Shown: in pieces, positions 34,338 through 39,074 of the stretch
Layout: each line of letters starts with the position of its first letter
Position numbering within the stretch: position 1 is the first letter of the stretch
Virus record (IMG/VR): IMGVR_UViG_3300037467_000878
Location: 1 to 39,074 of that record
DNA: 39,074 nucleotides
Strand: one strand, 5' to 3'
DNA from: a virus
Taxonomy: Duplodnaviria; Caudoviricetes
Translations under genes and position numbers: made by a program
The notes under the pieces: generated by a model
The model's input: only the letters and a program-made list of their open reading frames with translations
The model's database searches: none
Told to the model about the DNA's origin: nothing

Positions 34338-34404
34338 AGGGGGTCCTTCTGGCCGCGCTCAGGCGGCACGGGGAAAGGCGCGTCTCCCGACGGGCCGTTG
34401 AGGT

Positions 34405-35337
34405 TTACCGGCCTCGCTTGGCGAGTTCGGCGTTGCGGCGGCGCACCCACTCGTCAGCCGGGAGGTCGTCGTTGAGGCCGGCCTTGTACTGTCCAGCGTT
34501 GGGCTTGACGGTCGCGGCAGGCTTCACGGCGGCCACCTTCTCGGCGGTCTGCGCCTTGGTGTTCTTGGCTTCGGTCTTGGCCTTGAAGTCCCGCAGCTCG
34601 GCCAGTTCGGCGAGGATCTTGAAGCTCCTCACGTCGGCCTTGCCGTCCGCGCCGACCAGGGAATCGCGCAGCTCCTGCGGCGAGAAGCCGTAGACACCGG
34701 CGGTCTGGGCGACCTTCTGGACCAGTTCAGGACCGTAGCCCTGCACCTCCCGCGACAGAACCTCATGCGCTTCCTGAAGGGCGGTGGCGGTCACCCGCTC
34801 GCTCGACAGACGATGCTCGTTCTCTTGGTCGGTGATCTGCTGTTGGAGGTCGGACTTTGCCGTCTCCAGTTGCCGCCATTGCGCTTGCGCGACGACAGCG
34901 GCGCGTTCGCCGTAGGTCTCGGCGTAGGCGTTCCAGTCGAGTTCGCCGTATTGCTTCAGCGCCTGCTCGACGGTGGCGAGTTGAACCCGCGCCTCCAGGG
35001 TCTTCGCCTGGGCCTCGGCCTGCTGGGTGATCTCCGCGGCGCGGGATTCCAGCTGCTTTCTGACCTCGGCGACCTCCTGGGTCTTGCGGGTGTAATCGGC
35101 CTGACGAAGCGTCCCCTCTCGGAGCTCCTTCGCCACGGCCTTGGGAAGCTTGTACTTCGCGTCCCCTAGCTCGATCTCCTCGCCGTCCTCTTCGGCCGGT
35201 TCCGGCTCTACCGGATTGCCGTCCTCGTCCAGCTCGGGTTGATCGTCGCCTTGGGCGTGAGCCTCATCGGCGACTCCCTCCGCGGGCGCACCCTCAACGG
35301 GTTCGTCCGCGACGGGTTGGTCGCGTTCTTCGGACAA
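34405..35337 (-). CDS. Scaffolding protein
   Basis: Acidic N-terminus, LRQADYTRKTQ motif, coiled coil; TTG start. Confidence 0.85.
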   Translation of the reverse strand: MSEERDQPVADEPVEGAPAEGVADEAHAQGDDQPELDEDGNPVEPEPAEEDGEEIELGDAKYKLPKAVAKELREGTLRQADYTRKTQEVAEVRKQLESRAAEITQQAEAQAKTLEARVQLATVEQALKQYGELDWNAYAETYGERAAVVAQAQWRQLETAKSDLQQQITDQENEHRLSSERVTATALQEAHEVLSREVQGYGPELVQKVAQTAGVYGFSPQELRDSLVGADGKADVRSFKILAELAELRDFKAKTEAKNTKAQTAEKVAAVKPAATVKPNAGQYKAGLNDDLPADEWVRRRNAELAKRGR

Positions 35338-35372
35338 TGGGTCTTCCTGTGGTTGGCCGCAGCCGGGATGGC

Positions 35373-37316
35373 TTAGGCGGCTTCGCTCGTGGGCGCCTTC
35401 TCAGGCTTCATCGCCTGCAGGCGCTTGGTCTGTGCGTCGAACGCCTTGATCTCCAGCTCGTGGGCCTTGAGGTCGTTGGCGTCCTTCAGCCGCTGGTTCT
35501 CGTTGGCCAGCGCCTGGTTCTGCTGCTGCAGGTCCTGCATCTGCTGCTGAACCTGCGCGATGACCTCATGCGGCACGTTCTGCGTGCCCTCCGGGGCCTC
35601 GTCCCCGCCGGTCATCTTCTGCATCATGCCCTTGAGGCGGTCGGCCACCTCATCCGCCCCCGGCCAATCGAGGTTCTTGGCGAGGAGGTCGCCGATCACC
35701 GGGGCCGCGTCCGGATAGGCCCGGATCAACTCGATCATCTGCGAGGCGGCTTCCTCGCGCCTGGTGTTGAAGCTCGGGCCGGCCTTGACGATGCAGTCGT
35801 ACTTTCCCGCCGTGAGGTCGAAGACCCGCTCGATCTCCTGCAGTTCGCCGGTCTGCGGGTCCTTCTGCTGGATGGTCGTGGGTCCGTTGACCTTGACCAT
35901 CTGCGGCTCGTTCTCAGGCCCCAGGATGCGCACCATGCGCTCCACGCCGTACACCTGCGGGATGAGGTCGATCAGCACGCGGCCGGCGTGACGGATGGCG
36001 CGGGACAGGTTGTCGATGAAGTGGAACGTCGCCGTATCGCCTTCCATCTGGCGGGCGATGATGGCCTTGCCGCTGGTCTCGTTGCTGCGGGCGCCCAGGC
36101 TGGCGTCGTAGATCCCCATCGTCGCCTTGATGTCGTCGGCCGCGTTCAGCGCCTCCTGCAGCGCCCCCGCCGGGATGCCCGCGAACGGCTGACGCTGCGG
36201 CGGCACGCCCTTATCGTCGTACTCCAGATAGGCGTGGGTCTGCGTGTTCGCCGTGGCCCACTTCTGCGCGTCGGTGTCGAACGAACCCTTCGGCCCGACC
36301 CACGGCGCCTTGGGCGCCAGCGCCACCAGCTCCGTGCTCGTGGTGCGCCAGTAGTTGAACATCCGCTGGGAGTCCTTGGACCCCTGGATCAGCGAGCGGA
36401 ATGAGCGCTTGCCCTTGAAGTTCACCTCGGAGCCGTAGACCGGGACGATCGGGATGTAGCGCCCGGCCCATTCGACCTTCGACAGCTCCTCAGCCCCGCT
36501 CAGCAGGCGCTGCGTCACCTTGTGGCTGCGAACCTCGCGCTCGCCCACGACCGAGACGCCCAGCGCATCGAACAGCGCCTTGTTGGCCGCGTACTCATCG
36601 GCCGCCACCACGCTTTGGTCGCTCAGGAGGACAATCCTGCGCGGGACCTCCTCACGCTTCCAGTACTCGGCGAGCATGACGTTGTCGCCGTCGATCCAGG
36701 GCGCCGAGAGGTCGCGCCAGTCCTCGCCTTCCCAGTTCACCGGGTCGGCGCCCTTGTGGTCCTTCTCGAACTGCGCCTTGGTCAGGTGGGTGGTGACGAA
36801 TGCGGTGTTCCAGTCCGAACTGTCGGCCGCGGTCGAGTAGCAGTCACCATAAACGCTGAGCGGGTTGGCGATCCGCTCGATCACGATGTCCTGGTCGAAG
36901 GTGTCGTCGGACGTGTAGGCGGTGTTGATCCGGAAGTAGCCGAAGCCGCCGAACACCGCATGCTCGAGGGCCGTATCGTACGCCACCTCGGCGTTGCTGC
37001 TGACCTCGATGTTGCGGATCAGGCCGTTGAAGACCTCGGCGGTTTCGGGATCGGCGTCGCTGTCGGCCGGGTGGACGATGATGCCGGGCTTGTTCTGGCG
37101 CGCGTCATTGACGACCTGGCGGCCCATGGCGGCCAGCTTGGACACCGTGAGGCAGGGACGCCCTTCAAGCTCTCGGGCGCGGCGCACCTGCTCAGGCCAC
37201 TGGTTTTCCTGCAGCGCGAAGTCGACGTTGTCTTCCCAGACGCGTCGGTTCTCGTCCTCGTGCTCGGCGATGAGCTCGAAGGCCTCTTGGGCTTCCTTGA
37301 GGATGTCGTCAGCCAT
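35373..37316 (-). CDS. Portal protein, P22-like
   Basis: QWP...GRPCLT, YIPIVPVYG, SNETSGKAI, GKYD...GPSF.TRR; C-terminal Gln-rich coiled coil. Confidence 0.92.
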   Translation of the reverse strand: MADDILKEAQEAFELIAEHEDENRRVWEDNVDFALQENQWPEQVRRARELEGRPCLTVSKLAAMGRQVVNDARQNKPGIIVHPADSDADPETAEVFNGLIRNIEVSSNAEVAYDTALEHAVFGGFGYFRINTAYTSDDTFDQDIVIERIANPLSVYGDCYSTAADSSDWNTAFVTTHLTKAQFEKDHKGADPVNWEGEDWRDLSAPWIDGDNVMLAEYWKREEVPRRIVLLSDQSVVAADEYAANKALFDALGVSVVGEREVRSHKVTQRLLSGAEELSKVEWAGRYIPIVPVYGSEVNFKGKRSFRSLIQGSKDSQRMFNYWRTTSTELVALAPKAPWVGPKGSFDTDAQKWATANTQTHAYLEYDDKGVPPQRQPFAGIPAGALQEALNAADDIKATMGIYDASLGARSNETSGKAIIARQMEGDTATFHFIDNLSRAIRHAGRVLIDLIPQVYGVERMVRILGPENEPQMVKVNGPTTIQQKDPQTGELQEIERVFDLTAGKYDCIVKAGPSFNTRREEAASQMIELIRAYPDAAPVIGDLLAKNLDWPGADEVADRLKGMMQKMTGGDEAPEGTQNVPHEVIAQVQQQMQDLQQQNQALANENQRLKDANDLKAHELEIKAFDAQTKRLQAMKPEKAPTSEAA

Positions 37317-37581
37317 CAGCCGACAACCTCGACAGAGCATAAATTCCGCCCAGTTCGCGGACCCGCTCGATCTGCTGATGTGCATTCAGCGGGAGGCCCA
37401 TCGCACGCAGGACGGCGTGGCGGAAATCCACCGCCTCCTGAAGGCGATGAAGAAGCGTGTCCACATCGGCCTGCGTAATTGGACGCACCTCATCCAGGCT
37501 GTGATCGTAGACAGTAGGGGCCGCGTGCTTGCGCAGCGCGCGGTACTTCGCTTGACGCTGGGCGTTGGTCATGGCCGTCAT
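37309..37581 (-). CDS. Hypothetical protein between TerL and portal
   Basis: MTNAQRQAKYR basic helix; overlaps both neighbours. Confidence 0.6.
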   Translation of the reverse strand: MTAMTNAQRQAKYRALRKHAAPTVYDHSLDEVRPITQADVDTLLHRLQEAVDFRHAVLRAMGLPLNAHQQIERVRELGGIYALSRLSADG

Positions 37582-38900
37582 CCCATCCACCCCCCTCCCC
37601 CAACGTGCGCCGGCGGCTTCGCCTGCCGCTTGATCATCGGTTCTTCGTAGGCCACGCACATCAGGCCGAAACTGTCCGCATCGTGTGACGACCAGTCGTG
37701 GTTCGGCCCAAGCCCAACCCCGCGCTCGTCGTCTCGCTTCTCGTGATAGGCGCCCAGCGCCTCGCGTCCGGCTTCGGTCGTCTTCTCGTTGAACCAGATA
37801 CGCGGGAAAAGCCGGCGACCGGCTTCGATGCGCATTGACGCCGCACCCTTGCCTTGGTTCGGCACAACGATCACCTCGAACCCGGCCCTCTTCAGCTCGC
37901 TCTCGTAGGAGACGTCGAAGACCCGATCGTTGGTCTCGCCGTCATGAGGCAGGATGCAGAGAGCCTTGCCGTAGCCATTCTCTCGCAGCCAGGCCACGTG
38001 GGCCGAAAGCGGTTGGCCCTGCGCGGTGTAGTGGTCGAGAACCCTGATCTCACGACCGACGAACTGGCAGATCCAGATGCTGCAGGCGTCGGCCTTCGCC
38101 CCCGTGCCGCCGATGTCCCAGACGGCCCGGATGGTCATCAGCGGGTCGGGCGCCACGAAGCTGATCCTGCCCTCCGCCTTCGCCTTTGTCAGGCTCGCCG
38201 CGTAGTAGGCTCCCTCGTGCACGGTCTTGAAGCCGCCTTCCCAGATGTGGTCATACTGATCCGGCCGATCGCGCAGATCCTTCAGCCGCTTCCGTTCCAG
38301 GATCGCCGGGAACCACGGATTGTCTCGCCAGTTCATCTCGACGATGCGCGTGCGATTGTCCGGCGCGGCTAGGCGGAAGCGCTTGTGTGTTGCGCTGCGC
38401 TTGCTCTCTGGGTTCCAGGTCACCCAAAGCTCGCTGTCGTCCTCGCGCAGCGTTGGGTCCAGCTTGGTCCAGGCGTCCTCGGTGACAGGCTCGGCCTCAT
38501 CCACCCAACAAAGCCGGATCCTCGACTTCGACTTCACGCTGTCGATGTTGCGATCCAGGCCGGCGAAGGCGTAGCTGATGCGCCCGCACGCCGTGGTGAT
38601 GTACTTCTCGCCGATGTCGAAGTGCGGAGTGAGCCACTCCGTCTCGCGGATCGCCGCCTTGATCTCCTCGAGCGAACTGTCCGCCAGCGAGTTCATGAAC
38701 TGGCGGCCACAGAGGATCAGGCCGCTTTCGCCAGCCTGCGCCCACATGTGAGCGCGGACCGCGGTCATCTTGGCGAACGTCCGGCTTTTTGCAGAGCCGC
38801 GACCCCCGTAAGCGCCGCGCGTGTCCGCTTCTCCTTCAAAGACCCGGACCAGCTTCTCGGGGATCTGGAGCTGGGCAACCTCAGCTTCCGGGTTCGACAC
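37578..38900 (-). CDS. terL: Terminase large subunit (PBSX-like)
   Basis: GGRGSAKS Walker A, WVDEAE Walker B, TWNP, HDWSSHDADSF nuclease. Confidence 0.95.
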   Translation of the reverse strand: MSNPEAEVAQLQIPEKLVRVFEGEADTRGAYGGRGSAKSRTFAKMTAVRAHMWAQAGESGLILCGRQFMNSLADSSLEEIKAAIRETEWLTPHFDIGEKYITTACGRISYAFAGLDRNIDSVKSKSRIRLCWVDEAEPVTEDAWTKLDPTLREDDSELWVTWNPESKRSATHKRFRLAAPDNRTRIVEMNWRDNPWFPAILERKRLKDLRDRPDQYDHIWEGGFKTVHEGAYYAASLTKAKAEGRISFVAPDPLMTIRAVWDIGGTGAKADACSIWICQFVGREIRVLDHYTAQGQPLSAHVAWLRENGYGKALCILPHDGETNDRVFDVSYESELKRAGFEVIVVPNQGKGAASMRIEAGRRLFPRIWFNEKTTEAGREALGAYHEKRDDERGVGLGPNHDWSSHDADSFGLMCVAYEEPMIKRQAKPPAHVGGGGWMG

Positions 38901-39074
38901 GCGGCCTCACGCCGACCAACTCGATCCGCTTAACGGTCGCCGCGACCGTGGCGTGGACGTCCTGGGGCAGAACCTTGCCGATCAGGGTCAGGAACGCCGC
39001 CGGATTCTGCTTGGCTTGCGCGGCGAGATAATCTTGGCCGCCCGCGTCATCGAGCGCGCCGAGGATCATTTCCT
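38881..39074 (-). CDS. terS: Terminase small subunit, 5'-truncated
   Basis: ALDDAGGQDYL...NPAAFLTLIGKVLP; overlaps TerL start. Confidence 0.8.
   Translation of the reverse strand, partial: EMILGALDDAGGQDYLAAQAKQNPAAFLTLIGKVLPQDVHATVAATVKRIELVGVRPRVEPGS

Larger units (their letters stand above)
1..39074. mobile_element. Temperate P22-like podophage genome (near-complete, attP/unintegrated gene order)
   Basis: Terminase, portal, coat, ejection, lysis, integrase, cI/cro and primase modules; phage genes on both sides of the tRNA-derived att core; no tape measure or sheath gene. Confidence 0.93.

Noticed and set aside
32790-34475. 561-aa plus-strand ORF, and similar long ORFs at 19695-21161, 26984-28081, 35337-36404, 8474-9637
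   Set aside because: Antisense shadows of real high-GC genes; Arg/Gly/Val-rich with no motifs.
35373-37385. ORF-track starts for portal (37385), cI (5155), hicB (16250), xis (13793)
   Set aside because: Upstream extensions overlap neighbouring genes or promoters; downstream starts fit SD, coupling and family N-termini better.
1-39074. CRISPR array, diversity-generating retroelement, retron or IS element
   Set aside because: No spaced repeat array, reverse transcriptase, template/variable repeat pair or transposase seen by eye.

Overview
The whole window is a GC-rich temperate, P22-like short-tailed phage, probably of an alphaproteobacterial host (Caulobacteraceae-like; inferred). It is in unintegrated gene order. 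On the minus strand from the right end: TerS (partial), TerL, portal, scaffold, P22-type coat, a glycosyltransferase, adaptor/tail proteins, three DNA-ejection proteins, a fibre, a beta-helix tailspike and a lysis cassette. Then come a hicAB locus, attP (3' part of tRNA-Val(CAC) with arm-type repeats on both sides), a tyrosine integrase with xis, an early recombination operon, the cI/cro switch, and a methylase/RusA/primase operon truncated at the left edge. The most unusual elements are (i) three antisense envelope-related morons in the virion operon (a PEP-CTERM surface protein, a 2-TM protein in the P22 sieA position, a TPR-less GT-B glycosyltransferase), (ii) a GT-A glycosyltransferase next to the coat genes, suggesting virion glycosylation, and (iii) an apparent CTG start for the tail-hub gene. 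All family calls come from reading motifs by eye; no searches were run.
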